From Chrysomallon squamiferum (lineage: Eukaryota > Animalia > Mollusca): a DNA stretch of 64,000 nucleotides. Location of the stretch: the NCBI GenBank assembly GCA_012295275.1, contig CM022672.1, forward strand, positions 2,728,001-2,792,000, read 5' to 3'. The notes under the pieces were generated by a model. It made no database searches and was not told where the DNA came from. It saw nothing but the letters and a program-made list of their open reading frames with translations. Positions 42,842-57,000 of the stretch are shown here, in pieces. Position 1 is the first letter of the stretch. The number at the start of each line of letters is the position of its first letter. Position numbers and translations under genes: made by a program.

Positions 42842-43171
42842 TAATAATATAATAATAATAATAATAATAATAGTTATATAAAAATAATAATAATAGTTAT
42901 ATAATAATGATAATAATAATAGTTATATAATAATAATAATAATAATAACAATAATAAAAATAATAATAATAATAAGTTGAAAAAATTAGTAGTAGAAGAA
43001 GTGGAAGAAGTAGTAGTAGTAGTAGTAGTAGTTGTTGTTGTCCATAAGGTGGTTAAAATAAACACACTAGTGGTAGCAATATTTAAAAATACAGAATAAA
43101 ATCACTCGTTAGGACAATGAGCTAAAACTCGTGAAATTCTGATCAAGAAATTAGCATTGCCACTGGAAGAC

Positions 43172-43211
<40 letters not shown>

Positions 43212-43916
43212 GGAATAATAATGTTGATGATGACGAAGGCGATGATGATGATAAAGATGTAATGAAATTTAAAACTACTATAAACTATAACCATATATGG
43301 TTTCGACTGCTTTGATAACAACTACGATGGTCCTATTATACAGTAACTAAAAAAAAATAGGATAACACACACACACACACACGCACATACAAACAACACA
43401 TACACACACGCTTATATATTTATACACGATGAAAGAAAAGATTCATACTCTCGATCCCCATTTCGGAAATCGGAAGTTATGTACACGACATGCATACTTT
43501 AACCTATTAATCAAGGTGAATAAAATCAAAAGTCGACACTGTCAAACCAACAAGTATAAACAATAATTAACAACTTGTCTACGTTATACCCACTGTAACG
43601 CCACTTCGGATTATGCTGGCGTTTCAAAGACGTTTGTAAATGATGTAAACTAATTTTACGTCACACGAGATGCAAGATTTATCACCTGTACAAGTACAAC
43701 GAATGTCCACGTTGTGTGAAAGTCATTATTTGTTTAATTATTGCAGACAAGAAGCGATAGATAAAACGAAACGAATATTGTTATAAAGTCACGGTTTTCG
43801 TTCCAGAGACATTTTAGAATTGTCGTCGAAAGATTTCAGAGATGTTAATTAAGACAGATATTTTGGAAACAGAAAAGAAGGAGAGGAGGCATTTTAAGAT
43901 CACGAAGGATAAAATA

Positions 43917-43955
<39 letters not shown>

Positions 43956-44047
43956 AATAAATAAATAAATAATAATATTAATAATAATAAATATTATAAA
44001 TAAATAAATAAATAAATAATAATAATATTAATAATAATAAAAATAAA

Positions 44048-44094
<47 letters not shown>

Positions 44095-44389
44095 AATAAA
44101 TAAATAATAATAATAATATTAATAATAATAAATATTATAAATAAATAAATTAATAATAATAGTAATAACAACAATAAATAAATATATAAGTAAAAATATA
44201 AACAATATCTAAAATCCGCCCAGTAATTATATTATAGATTTATTCATTTACAAACGTTTGTGAAACTATTATCCACCAGGTTGAAAACTAAATCTACCAT
44301 AAATTAACTAGCTCCCTTCCGTCAAAGAGTGTTTTTGTTTAGAATACAACGAAAATGAAAACCTGTAAAAACGGCGCCACAAAAAAGTA

Positions 44390-44660
44390 GCTGAAAATAT
44401 TAACATCCATTTGCGTTTTCTTCTTGTTATAACAAAAATTAATAATCTGCGCAGGCAAATGAAAGTTGCCTGAAAATATTGCTAATCATGAACAGAAATC
44501 CAGTGTTTTGCGTTTTCTAATCATCTTGTTAGAAAGTTCTGGCAAAATTAATAATCTGCGCAGGCAAATGTAAAGTGTTGTGTTGCCGGTGGGAAACGGG
44601 TATCAAGGACGTCGTCTTGCTAATCATCAGTTGCTGCCTGCTTTCAGAAAGTTCTGGCTG
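44390..44660. repeat. Mosaic local duplication
   Basis: AAAATTAATAATCTGCGCAGGCAAATG, TTTGCGTTTTCT, CTGAAAATATT, TTGCTAATCAT and AGAAAGTTCTGGC each occur twice. Confidence 0.8.
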
Positions 44661-44755
44661 TGTTATGTGCCAGCTTTCTGAGCAGTGTTTTCATGGAAAC
44701 ATGCATTAAATTAACCAAGTTAAACCTATCCTTAAAAAAGAAGAAGTAAGAAAGG

Positions 44756-44806
<51 letters not shown>

Positions 44807-46501
44807 GAGGAAAGAAATGTGATGCCAATGTTTTTTTTTTTTCTCTTTCAGAATGTGTGTTGTACAAACTTCTGTGATTAACAGTTACCATCAGAGTGTA
44901 TTTTTGATGAATTTTCTTAGACTATTTATTCACAACATTACGGATACATTTTTGATGTTACAATAAGCACTAACAATGCATTATAAATGTCAGTAAACAT
45001 AAAACCATCCATTCATCCGTTTATTCATTCATTCATGAACAAGCAAGAACTCGACTCTCCCATGTTTATTTGAACTTTCACAGTTTCGAAAGCTGACCTC
45101 GATTAAAATCGAAGGACACTCTTCGTGTCTGTAACTGCGCAGCGAAAGCCTTTTGCCATTTTATTTCTGTGTGTCAAATGCATTTCTGGTATTTGTTATC
45201 ATGCCTCGTTAAAGACAGATTTCAATTTTGTAGCAGAATTTTCTTTTCTGATGCGCGCCATCTCAAAATGAAACTGTACCCACTGTAAATTGATCGCTTG
45301 TTTTTCTAGAAAAATCCACTGCTGCAAAATGACAAAAGTAATCCCACACAAAAGCTATCAGCTTATTACTTATTCATAGAAAAACCGACCGTTATCTACC
45401 GAACACAGTTTTATTGCTGCGCGTCCAACTGCGCGAAAACATCATTTTGACGTGTCGATGCATGCACACCTCGACCAGTCTACTGATGCCAAAAGTACAA
45501 ATCTAGTTCTGGCGCTAAATTTCATATGGGATTTATTTTGATCGATTCGGGAAATAACAGTTCTTATTTTTTACACTTTTTTCTATGAAGATATTAAAGT
45601 TATTGTTCGTCAAACATCCTATTATTATTATTATTATTATGTTGTTGTTGTTGTTGTTCCTGTTGTTGTTGCTATTGTTGTTGCTGTTCCTGCTGTTGTT
45701 TTTTTTGATGTTGTCATCGTTATTTATATTGTTTTCATATGACTCAATGTCTAATAATTATTATACCATAAGAGTCTGTTAATACTTTATAAACAAATAG
45801 ATAAACAAAAACTAATTAATAAACTAAATAAATAAATAAATAAACAGCGAAGACAACAAAAATTACATTAACAGTAACTTTTACTAACACAATTATAACC
45901 ACCACGAGAACAATAATAACAATAATTATAATAAATAGCCTATATTTATTATGCCATGAACTTACAAAATAAATAAATAAACAAAGAAATAAACAAAATC
46001 AAAAGCAACATTTCCGACAGTTAGACTAGCAAAACGTCTAAATTTTGAACTAAACGACGAAATAGACGCCAGTAGCTACGTCACTGCATAAAGTTTTATA
46101 AAATATAAGACATTAATATTATCATACCTCATAGAAATCCTTTAATGATCCAAAAAGTGAAGCAAAAAATACGTAATTAATGTACAAAAGAAAACAAATA
46201 TGGCGCCTTCTCAAGTCTCGTTAATTGGGAGAAATGTTACGTGCTATCGTTTGTGAACTTTTGGTAGAGTGATTGTATACGATATAAGTTTAATTTTTTT
46301 TTTTTTTTATTTCTACGGTGTACAGAACGCACGAAAAAGGTCTATCTTTCCATTGATCTTTCGTATGTCTGAATTTCTGTGTGTACATATCTCGTTTATG
46401 TCTGGAAGTCTCAGTCCATTTACTTCTTTCTTTCTTGTAAATTATTTAGCCTTTAAATGAATAAGTATCGAATATGTGTGTGTGTGTGTGTATGTGTGTC
46501 A

Positions 46502-46540
<39 letters not shown>

Positions 46541-46941
46541 GTTTGTATGTACATATACTGTTACTCTTCTTGCTCTTCTGCTTCTTCTTATACTACTACT
46601 AGTAGTTTTTAGACATTGCATAACTGTAATATTTCACGCTGATCTCTTTACCTATATATTTGTCTGGACATCTGAACAGATATTTTGTCGTCTATCTACT
46701 CTCCATTAGTATCATATATACATAGTTCATCCATCCATCCATCCATCCATCCATTTATTTTTAATCAGTAGGTCAATCAATCAATAAATCAATCAGTCTA
46801 TCTATCTGTCTGCCACTCTATTCGTCTCTCTCAATCTGTATATGTGTGTGAGAGTGTAGACCTGTATTACACACACACACACACAGACACACACACACAC
46901 AGACAACACACACAGACACACACACAAACACACACACACAG

Positions 46942-46973
<32 letters not shown>

Positions 46974-47093
46974 TCACAAACATACATCTGTCTCTATCTG
47001 CCATTCTGTATGTCTCTCCATCTGTCGGACAGTCACTCATTTAACTATTCATTTATCTGTCTATCAGTTGTCAGTTTATTAATATGTCAAAAG

Positions 47094-47143
<50 letters not shown>

Positions 47144-50100
47144 TAATCACTATAATCCTTGTCTTTGAAATGGAAATAGAACTTCTGCTGGCCGGAAGCA
47201 TAGCCAAGCAGAGAGTGAGTAGGAAACATTCTAAATAAGGAAACAAGAAGACAAAACAGATCGTCCACGCACTTTGAAACACTATACGAAATTTAGGTCA
47301 TTTCTAACAACAATAAAAGGAGTGGATCCATAATTTCAGAAAAATGTAAGCTGCTTCTTTCTGATGGATATATAACCTTAACGGTAAAAATAATAATAAT
47401 AATAAATAAGTAGAAGAAAAAAAAGACGGTTATCAAGAATTACTTCCAAAAAAAAACAAAAAAAAAAAACAGAGAGATTAACATTATGGAACAGGATGTT
47501 CATTTCTGAATCTACATATATTTCAGAAAGAAATATTTTTATATTATTATTATTATTATTATTATACAGACATTCTATTCGTTAATCTTTTAACATAATT
47601 ATTCAATATTTTCTTGGGTACCACAGTCAACTGTTTTCATAATATTGTTATGACTTGCTACGGTGACACATCGATTTTCATTTTAGAATTAGGGTGGCGA
47701 CCAACAGCGTAGTTGCATAAAAATGTTAGTTGCGATAAACGATTGCTTATGATACAGGCCTTAAGACTAGTAGGAATCAGGCTCGTGCATCAATTTCATC
47801 TTCTTGGAAGGAATAAACACACACGCACACGCACACACACAAATACACACACACACATACTTACAATAATGTTAGTGTTTCTACAGGTTTCTAATTAGCT
47901 CTGGAAAGGAACCGGTGACGAGATGGGATCCTGCTACGTAACTTGTCGGAATTTCGACGTCTTAACCACTTCAGCAGTGAAACACAAGAAACTAAATCAC
48001 GACACTTCACAACATAATCATTAGCTAACATCGACGTGCTTTGAAAACAAGTAGAAACACAGCCGCGAGCTCTGCGTGGTATTTAAACGAAGCTGGATTT
48101 CACTGTCTGTCTCAAGTGTTGCTTCCAGCAGATCAGAAATCTTTACAAGTCTTTTTTTGAAACCAACGATTTTCCTTTCTGTAAGAAACGACGGCCGTAT
48201 TTAGCAGTCAAATTACCACTCGAATGCAGCCGATTTTTGAGGCGAGATTTAGCCTAAAGAGTAAATAAAGAACTTTAAACAAAGCTTCATATTTTTTTTA
48301 TTTTTTTTATTTTTTTTTTTTGGAAATTATTTTTGGTTTTTAGATCCAAAAACATATGAAAGTTTTGTTGAAGAGACAAGGAACAAACTTATTTTAACGA
48401 GTCATTATAATGCACTGACGGCGACGGTAAAGCCTTTAACGTATTGTGATGCAGATATTTCGAGTTTATTTCAAACAGAGAAAAAAAAAAATTCAGTGAA
48501 AATAATGTAGCAAATTTATATGCTGATGAATAAAAAGTCCGTTTGAATCATGCACTCAAACATTATTTTTAATAATGCATGACCATACAATAACTATCAG
48601 GGGATGTCATTCTTTTATATTTCATGAAGTCATTTAGTAAAGTGGAATGGAGAGAGAGAGGAACTTATGGAATCAAATACAATAAATCGGTTAGTTCCTA
48701 TTCTAATGGGTTAGACCAAAAAAAAAAACCTACCAGAACAACCCCACATACTTTGCTTATAACGGTTCCATGAACAAAGTGTTTCAGTTTTTGCATACCG
48801 AAGATTACATTCTCTTAGAAAAGTGATGGGTTTATAACATAAAAATGAGTATTATTATTACGTCTACACATTTTTATCACAAAATATTCGTCAAAGTGTT
48901 TTCCTTCACAATGGCGGTACGAACGAAATAGCACACATACACACATACAGCTGTGTTTGATATTTATTTATTAATTTATATCGACATTCATCATCAATTT
49001 CATAATCTAGCAAAGTGATATTCTGAACACTGATATATCATCGATAAGTAAAGGTTTAATCATTTCAAACTATTCATGCTCGTAACTATATATATATATA
49101 TATACACATATACATATATCGATATCTACAAATTACAGTTCACGATACGCTATAATGTTGACATAATCCTTATGTGTAATAATTCGACCGTCGACATTAC
49201 TTGTAAAAAAAGATTTGATTAATCTAACTTTAGAGAAATTAATATATATATACATAGATACATACATACATACATACATACATATATTTTAAAGAATAAT
49301 TTTGAACACATTAAAATGAATATTTCTGATTAGCTTAGTACAAAATAATTCATTAAAGTTTTTAATTTTCTAAAAACTAAATGTGCATTTTCGTGAAACT
49401 GTAATCCTATGACAGTTTGTTAATAGTTTAATTTACATATTATTTATAAAGTGAGATTACATTCTATTAGTTTTCATGTCTTTGAAGTTTCGTACTGTTT
49501 AAAGGTAACGTCGAGATTTCAAAATGTTCCAGAAGAAATGAAAACCTTTAAGTAAACCGATGCTGTGAATTTAGTTTCGTCTATCTGGTTTATTTATACT
49601 TTTTAAAAGAGAACTTGAGAGTCAAGCGGTGCATTTTAAATATAGTTTAATCTGCACGATCTTTGTTTCTTTCGTATTTTTGGAAATGAACTTGAATCAT
49701 TGTGTCTAGCAGTAGAATTGATGTAAGAATACAGGTGTTGCCTGTTTTTATACTCTGATTAAAAGCTTAGAATGTGTATTTGAACTAAAACCTAACGGCA
49801 GTATTTTCGCAAAATGTGACGTGTTTCTTCTTAGAGAAAACTTTTAAAAAATAATTTAAAATAAAATAAATAAATAAACGTTTAGGTTCTTATGAAGTCT
49901 AAACGAAATCTAAAATGTTGAGTGTCGATTCTTAGGAAGTTTAAACAAGATCTAAATGTGGAAAGTGTATGTTGTTACGAAATCAATAAAAACAAAACAA
50001 AAAAAACAACAAATAAATAAATAAAAAATACAATATGTTTATATGTATAGATGCAGACTGTTATGAAACGTAAATTAAATTCAACAGCTTTATGGGAAAG

Positions 50101-50242
50101 TAAACTGAATCTAACATTAATGAATGTTTTTTTTCTAAATTTAGAATAAAGCAAATGAACTTCAAATATAGATTGACAATTTACTGATGTTTTGAAAATA
50201 GCGAATGATATAACAACAACAACAACAACAACAATAATAAAC

Positions 50243-50274
<32 letters not shown>

Positions 50275-50688
50275 AATAAATTGAGGACATTGACTTCGTG
50301 TTATTATGTCTAAAATAAAACTGTGTAAAAATGAAACAGTCTGTGTAACAAGCAAACTGAAATTTAAAATAAATCTGTAAAATAGAGTAATACTGTTTAG
50401 AAAAGGCTTTGAATGGAATTTAGAATAAAGTTGTGTCAAAACTTAATAGCAAAACATAAACAGCTGTGTTATATAACAACTGAAAAGAAAGTTAGAAAAG
50501 CCTTGTATAATAAAGGATAACTATTAAACAATGAAGTTTTGAACTATATGTACCGAAATTTTTGTAAAACAGCGCTGTCAAGTTCAAACTGGTAGGTTTT
50601 TTTTAGCTTATTAAAAACATAAATCTAGCCTAGTGGTAATCATTTCTGAAGTGAAACTAACCAATGCTTCAGGGACTGTTTATTTTAA

Positions 50689-50747
<59 letters not shown>

Positions 50748-50987
50748 TTTTTTTTTATTATTTATTTATTTATTTTTTTTTTTTTGTTGACGTTTTTATT
50801 ATATTTTCACCAGAATTATTATCAGCTTTAAAATATTCGAAAGTTCACTACTTATCGTCAGATTATCGTAGATAATGTGCTAAGACTACCTAGGTGTTCA
50901 GTTTTGAATAGTAATTAAGAGTAACTTCTGCAGGTGTAAATGCAGGTGGTTAGTTATTTGTTAGTGCTTTAAAACACGAAACAGGAT

Positions 50988-51279
50988 TCGCTTGCCGGAC
51001 ACGGAACACAGTTTGTCTACAAACAGTTTCCATACACCGCAAGCGGCTTGTTAGACATACATGAGATGTATTCTGCCGTTCACCAGTCCATGTAGCGTTT
51101 GCCTACACTGAGCACCGCTCGCCATTTTCCGGAAAGTGTTTGTCGCACACCGCTATGCGTACTCTGAACAGCTTACCACACTCTGAAACCACTTCTCGTA
51201 TACCGTATACCGCATGCTCTATCTTCTCCATGTCCACGTGCAGTTTGCCGCATTCCGCACTCCGTTTGCCTGATACACC
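50988..51279. repeat. Cluster of ~12 degenerate copies of a ~14-nt motif (consensus ~CMGTTTGCC-ACAC)
   Basis: Copies start at ~50988, 51009, 51024, 51044, 51076, 51095, 51115, 51136, 51169, 51203, 51241 and 51262. Confidence 0.6.
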
Positions 51280-51375
51280 CAAACAAAGGTTGTCGTCTTC
51301 TGTTCATCACTTACTGGACACAGACAAAGGCATAATAATCACAACATCATCAACAACAACAACAACAACAACAAC

Positions 51376-51406
<31 letters not shown>

Positions 51407-52247
51407 TAAGAAAGATTATCTCTATTATAAATACTTGTGGATGCAATATATACTATATAGATTTATATTTCGACTCCTTTTATTATTATTATTATTATTA
51501 TTTTTTTTTTTTTTTGCTTGTTTTAAAAAATTTAGTTAATACTGTGATCTTTCCATTTTAGGTTTTCATTCAAGCCTTTCGTAAAATAAAAAAAAAAATT
51601 AAAAAAAATGTGCGGTACTTACTTAATGTGAGGCATCAGTCTTAATAGTCTTTTTGTTCTCGCCCTCGGTACCTTGTAGATTAATTTCTAAAATAAATTA
51701 TCTTTTGAATATTCTATTTTGTCATTTAATTTTGCATATATACTGATTTTATTTATTTATTAATTTTTTATTAGGCATGTTGTTGTTGTTGTTGTTGTTA
51801 TTATTATTATTATTATTATCATCATCAGCAGCACCACCACTATCATCATCATCATTATTATTTAAATAACTGGTTCTAACCGATTATTTATTTCATTTAA
51901 ATTGTATGCTGAGTTGAAATCAAATGACATTTTCATCATTGATGCTGATAAACCATTTACGACCCAGTTTATTTTCTTTATTTCATTTGTTTATTTAATT
52001 ATTATTATTTTGTTTTTCAAAATTAATGTTTCCAATAAGACATTTAAAACCAATTTAACAACAACAACAACAACAAAAGTCACGCTGAATCATTTTACTG
52101 TAATTTCCCGCTTTCCATCTGGTTTGTTTGGAACGATATGACGTCACAATAGAATCATCGTCACTTACTGTTGGTCAGGGAAGTTGAAATACAATTTCAG
52201 CTTGTTAAGATCATTCTAGGACACTGAGAACGTTATATTTAATTCTG

Positions 52248-52307
<60 letters not shown>

Positions 52308-53659
52308 TATTTATTTTTTTGTTTTTTTTTTTCAAGTTATTTGTCAGCATAGAATCTGGTAATTAAAAATAAAACACTTTACTAACATTTTTCTAATATT
52401 TCGGCCCATACTTCTAACATTAATATTTGTTTCAATTCAATAATTATTTATTATAATATAGACAAATTTAGCTTTTCAAATAAACAAATAAACAAACAAA
52501 CAAATAAATAAAGTCAGCAAAAATGTGTATAGGGATGGATGGATGAGTGAAATATTTAGAAGTCACATAGAAAGATTATCAACAATAATAAATATGCATT
52601 ATACTTACAAACATAGTCTCTCATCTTCTATTTGTTTATTTTTAAATAGTAAACTTTATTTTTAAAATCAGTTTGTTTTAGTTACTGCTCAATTAAATAT
52701 AACTCCACTAAAGTTTTGGTAAAAACGATTTTACAAGCTTTTCTGTTAATATTAGCACTAAACAGTTAATTATTAAATGAAATAAAAATGGATAATTTAA
52801 AATAAAAATAAAAAATAACACATTGTTCTACGTTTTCACTATATTACTATTTCCTGTAAACAATTAAATATTAAATTAAAAAATATTTTATTCTTTTCAC
52901 CACTAATACAACTAACAAAAGATAGATTTGATGTATCATTTTAATAAACTGCATATTAAATGGGGAGCGACAGTGAAAGCATGCCCTGCTGATAGTGAAA
53001 ACGAATTATCTTGAACGACTGTTCATCTTTGTCACAGAACATAAAAGGTTTGTATTAAATATCATTTTAAAATATACAAATTTAGTATAGTGTGTTTTGT
53101 ACGATATTATTAATTTTTAAGGTTTTAATTGTAAATAAGGCAAATTCAGCATCATCCGATTCTGCTGTATTTCACAAATTATTAAGATAAATATATTTGT
53201 AAATAAGTAATAATACTCAATAGCAACAACAATAATAAATAATTCGGGTTCTTTATAATGAAAACCATTTCTTTCAGAAAGTTTATTTAATTATTCTTTC
53301 TCTGAAATCCTAATTAGTTTCCCAAACAACAGCAGTGAAAACAACCAGTACTACTATTACAACAAAAAGATAGTAAGTAAATAAACAAAATTAATATTTA
53401 TTTTACTTATGATATTTTACACATTTGGAGTTTAAACATTACAGTTTTATAATTGTCCAAGTGACCGTTTGGCGTGTTTACTATCGAAAGGTTATAATAG
53501 TTCAAATGTCTACACCATTCTTAACAAATTCTTAAAAAAAATAAAAATGTTGAATTAATTCCTGTAAGCGCAAATAAAGTTGCTAAATAAATATTACCGA
53601 GTTTGTAATTTATTTCTAATGCACGTATTTCCAACCTGTATTAACATGGGTATTGATTA

Positions 53660-53888
53660 AACTGTGACCCGGAATTAAACCGTGTGCTGATATGTTTTCC
53701 GAAAAGTCGCGATTGATCAGTCTATCAACGGAAGTGGTGATATGGAATCACACGTAGCGCATGATGTCATTTCCACGTGTCAGCCAATCAGAAGCACTTG
53801 GGACGATCATCGTATGATTGTAAACAGACTGATTCAAGGATCGACGAAATTGAGTAACAATGTAACTTTTGGCTTTTGAATCATATCC
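53660..53888 (+). promoter_or_regulatory. PERK proximal promoter / 5' leader
   Basis: CpG-containing island directly 5' of the ATG with ETS-like ACGGAAGTG (53728-53736), ATGATGTCAT (53761-53770), CCACGTGTCA (53773-53782) and an NF-Y-type AGCCAATCAG (53782-53791). Confidence 0.7.
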
Positions 53889-54061
53889 ATGGGCCGGAAA
53901 ACAGCAAGAAGATGGTTTTCACGAATCCTGGGGGTCATAGCATCTTTGACAGCCCTTGGTGTTGTGAATGGTTCCGTCGAAACGACTCATGGCACGGATA
54001 CTTCGCAGCCGACTGGCCCTAAAGCTGCGTGCCAAAACACACGAGGACAACTCCGTGAAAA
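53889..54061 (+). CDS. EIF2AK3: PERK exon 1 (start codon, signal peptide)
   Basis: CCATGG start context; [28 protein letters not shown] is a basic then hydrophobic signal sequence; donor AA|GTATGT, phase 2 matches exon 2. Confidence 0.8.
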
Positions 54062-57000
54062 GTATGTTTATTTAGCATTGTCGTTAATCTGTTGTATTTT
54101 TCTATTATGTCATTAAAAAATATTTATAAGGGAGGTAACACGCTATAATTATACTGCAAAAGTAATACAGAACAATACAATTTACATGTAGTGTGTTATG
54201 TTCGAGCTTTTACAGCTCAGTTCTATTTATAGATTTTAGTAGAGTGCTGTATAAGCAGTCTTCATTTACAAAGTAGTATAATTTATTATATTCATTGGAA
54301 TAAATAAATAAAATAGTTAATTTATTATGAGATAAAGAAAAAAATTGCTGATTTTTCATTTATTAAAGATATTACTAGTAACTAACTATACAGTATTCTA
54401 TATAATATATTACTTGCATTTTATGCATAATTATGAATCTTAACTGCAAAAGCAAATTTTGTTTTTATTGGTGATTAAAATTAGGAAAAACAATGTTGCA
54501 GATAAAGTTTAGTAAATATAAATATAAATAAAACCTATGCAGCCTTCAAATTATCTATTGCAGTTATAATTGTTTCATTTAAAAAAAAAAAAAAATTAGA
54601 GCTTGAAAGTAAAGGCAATACAGTATTATCTAAAATACTGTTCTTAATTAGTTAACATTTTATTTTTTCAAAATGAAATTTAAAATCACTAGCTTTTCTT
54701 TTAAACATTACAATTTTATTTATAGCATAAAATTAATATATATTTTTTATATTTTTTAAGTAATAGCAACATATTTTTGTTCCTATAAATTTAAAAATAA
54801 ATTTAAAACTGCAACAAGTTATATTGCTTGAATTAAATGAATTGAATAAATAAATCAGTGCTTTTACCAATACTTCAGCACAAAATATATTTGCTGTGGA
54901 GTTCACTGTATCTTTAAGTTTAAATAAATATTCAAGTAAGTTAATAGTATGCATGTGATTTTTTTTATTATCTTGAGTTGTTAATATTGTAATAAATCCA
55001 GAGTGCATTATTATGAGAAAATATATCATAAATAATTCAGTAAATAAGATTAGTGATATTAATTTTATTATCAAATTTGAAAATAAATAAGTACTGAAGA
55101 GATAGGCTAGGAATGTTTAGTAATTAATGAATATTTGACATTTCCTGGTTCTATATTATTTATCCCTTGTTTTGTTTTTTGTTTTTAATTATATTCTGTG
55201 ACTTTTATTTAATATACAGTTTCAGTAGCATTAATTTATTAATTACTTAAAGAGCAGTATCGTAAGACATAACATGAATTCAAAATAACATTTTCTTTTT
55301 ACTTAAATAATTTCTTTATAAAAAATTTCAAAGCTGTGAAACTTACTTATTTGTTTTTTGTTACTTTGTTTCCACGGTTCAAAAAACACCAAGAAGTTAA
55401 AAGTATTTTTATGCAACATCAGATATGTGATAGCTCTGCTATCAGTTTTAATTTGAGCAGGTATTTAATTCTTTAAACATGTTACAGGTTTCTGATGCTT
55501 GTGAGTACCTTGGATGGAAAAGTTTCAGCATTGGATGTACGAAATCATGGAGAATTAAAGTGGTCACTGCAGGCCGATATAAGACCTTTGTTATCTTCAA
55601 GTATTAGTCAGATGGAGGTATAATAAACAGTTATTTAGAGGATTTTTATCATTTCTTATTTCACTCTTGATAATCTTACTATTGTGATTTAAGAAAAATT
55701 GACTAACTTCCTGAACTGTGGAAAATGTTAAAATGTAAAATTAAAGGTGGGAAAAATTGTTTGAAAGGTTATATTATTATTACTGCAGTTTTTGTACAGT
55801 TTTTCTATAGTGGTAACCTATTTGAAAAACACAGTAAGCAGCAGTCATACTGTGGCCTTCACATATAGATAATTAGCAGCATATCTTTTATAAATAACTG
55901 CGTTTACAAAACATATCGTGAACTTTGTATAAATCAGTCATCATTCATTATCACAAGATAACATGATTAACTCCTGATATATACATATATGAATATCAAT
56001 ATAAAATGTTTTCTTTATTCAAGATAATGGCTATATGAACATATTGAATAAAAAAAAGAAAAAAAAAAGAAAGAAAAACAGAAAAATCTATTACAAATTT
56101 TGCAGAAAAAATAAAAATCTTTCTTAAAAGAATTACTATGTTTAAACTACAACAATTTTTTTTTTAATTCTTTTATACATATATATTGGATTTTCTAATT
56201 TCCTGTTGTTTTTATTCTCATATTTCTGTAGGTAATTCGTAATGGAGTGAAAACAAGATTAATTCCATCTCTAGATGGAGGTTTATATCAGTATGATGGA
56301 GATAGCATTGAGGCTGTACCAATGACAGCTGAAACACTGCTGGCTTCATCTTTAAAACTTTCAGACAATACAATGATGATAGGAGGGAAGGATATACGTA
56401 CATATGGAATAGATGCCAATACAGGACAGGTAATATATCCTTTGGGTGACCATCAATACTTGCATATTGTTTTATATCCTTAACTGTACATTGTTTTGTA
56501 TTATTTTCATATCGGTAATTGTTCATCCGTTATAAAAAAAGAATAATTATTTTCATTGCACCAGTATTTCAAAAGAGGGTATTAAATTTGGTAGGTTGAA
56601 CAGTATCCTGCTCAGTGATAGGTCAAATGATCAAACATACTGTATTTACCTTTTCTAAGCAGAACTACATTCTGTCAGAAGTTTTGTTTCTGTTTTTATT
56701 TCACATACTTCAATTGTATACACCACAAAGACAGTTATCTTTAATCTGCAATCCTATTATTACATTTAATTTGTAACCATTTTAGAATTAGCTGTCAAAT
56801 ATCTAGTATTTTGATTACTGTGCACACAGGTGCGGTACTTGTGCACAATGGCTGGTTGTCACAATGTAGGGGAGACTGAAATGACAACAGAAGAAGATAT
56901 TCTTGTTCTCACTAGGAATACTCAAACAGTTCGTGCAGTAGATGCCAGGCTGGGTGCAGAGAAGTGAGTTGGGTTTTTGGAAATAATTACAAATAACAAA

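Noticed and set aside
43820-43831. TTGTCGTCGAAA, partial match to miR-981/miR-76
   Set aside because: Only 12 nt, seed end missing and no hairpin.
47695-47765. Possible transposon terminus (…TTATGATACAGGCC)
   Set aside because: No partner inverted repeat was found in the window.
51106-51300. Minus-strand reading with two 'ECGKL' words suggesting a C2H2 zinc-finger remnant
   Set aside because: No CxxC...HxxxH spacing or TGEKP linkers; better explained by the DNA-level degenerate repeat.
53773-53790. Canonical ERSE call in the PERK promoter
   Set aside because: Order and spacing (CCACG-N6-CCAAT) do not match CCAAT-N9-CCACG; kept only as a non-canonical candidate.
56225-56240. PERK exon 3 acceptor followed directly by GTAATT (recursive-splice-like AG|GT), and an internal GTGAGT in exon 2
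   Set aside because: Introns are short and the sequences are explained by coding constraints; no evidence of use.
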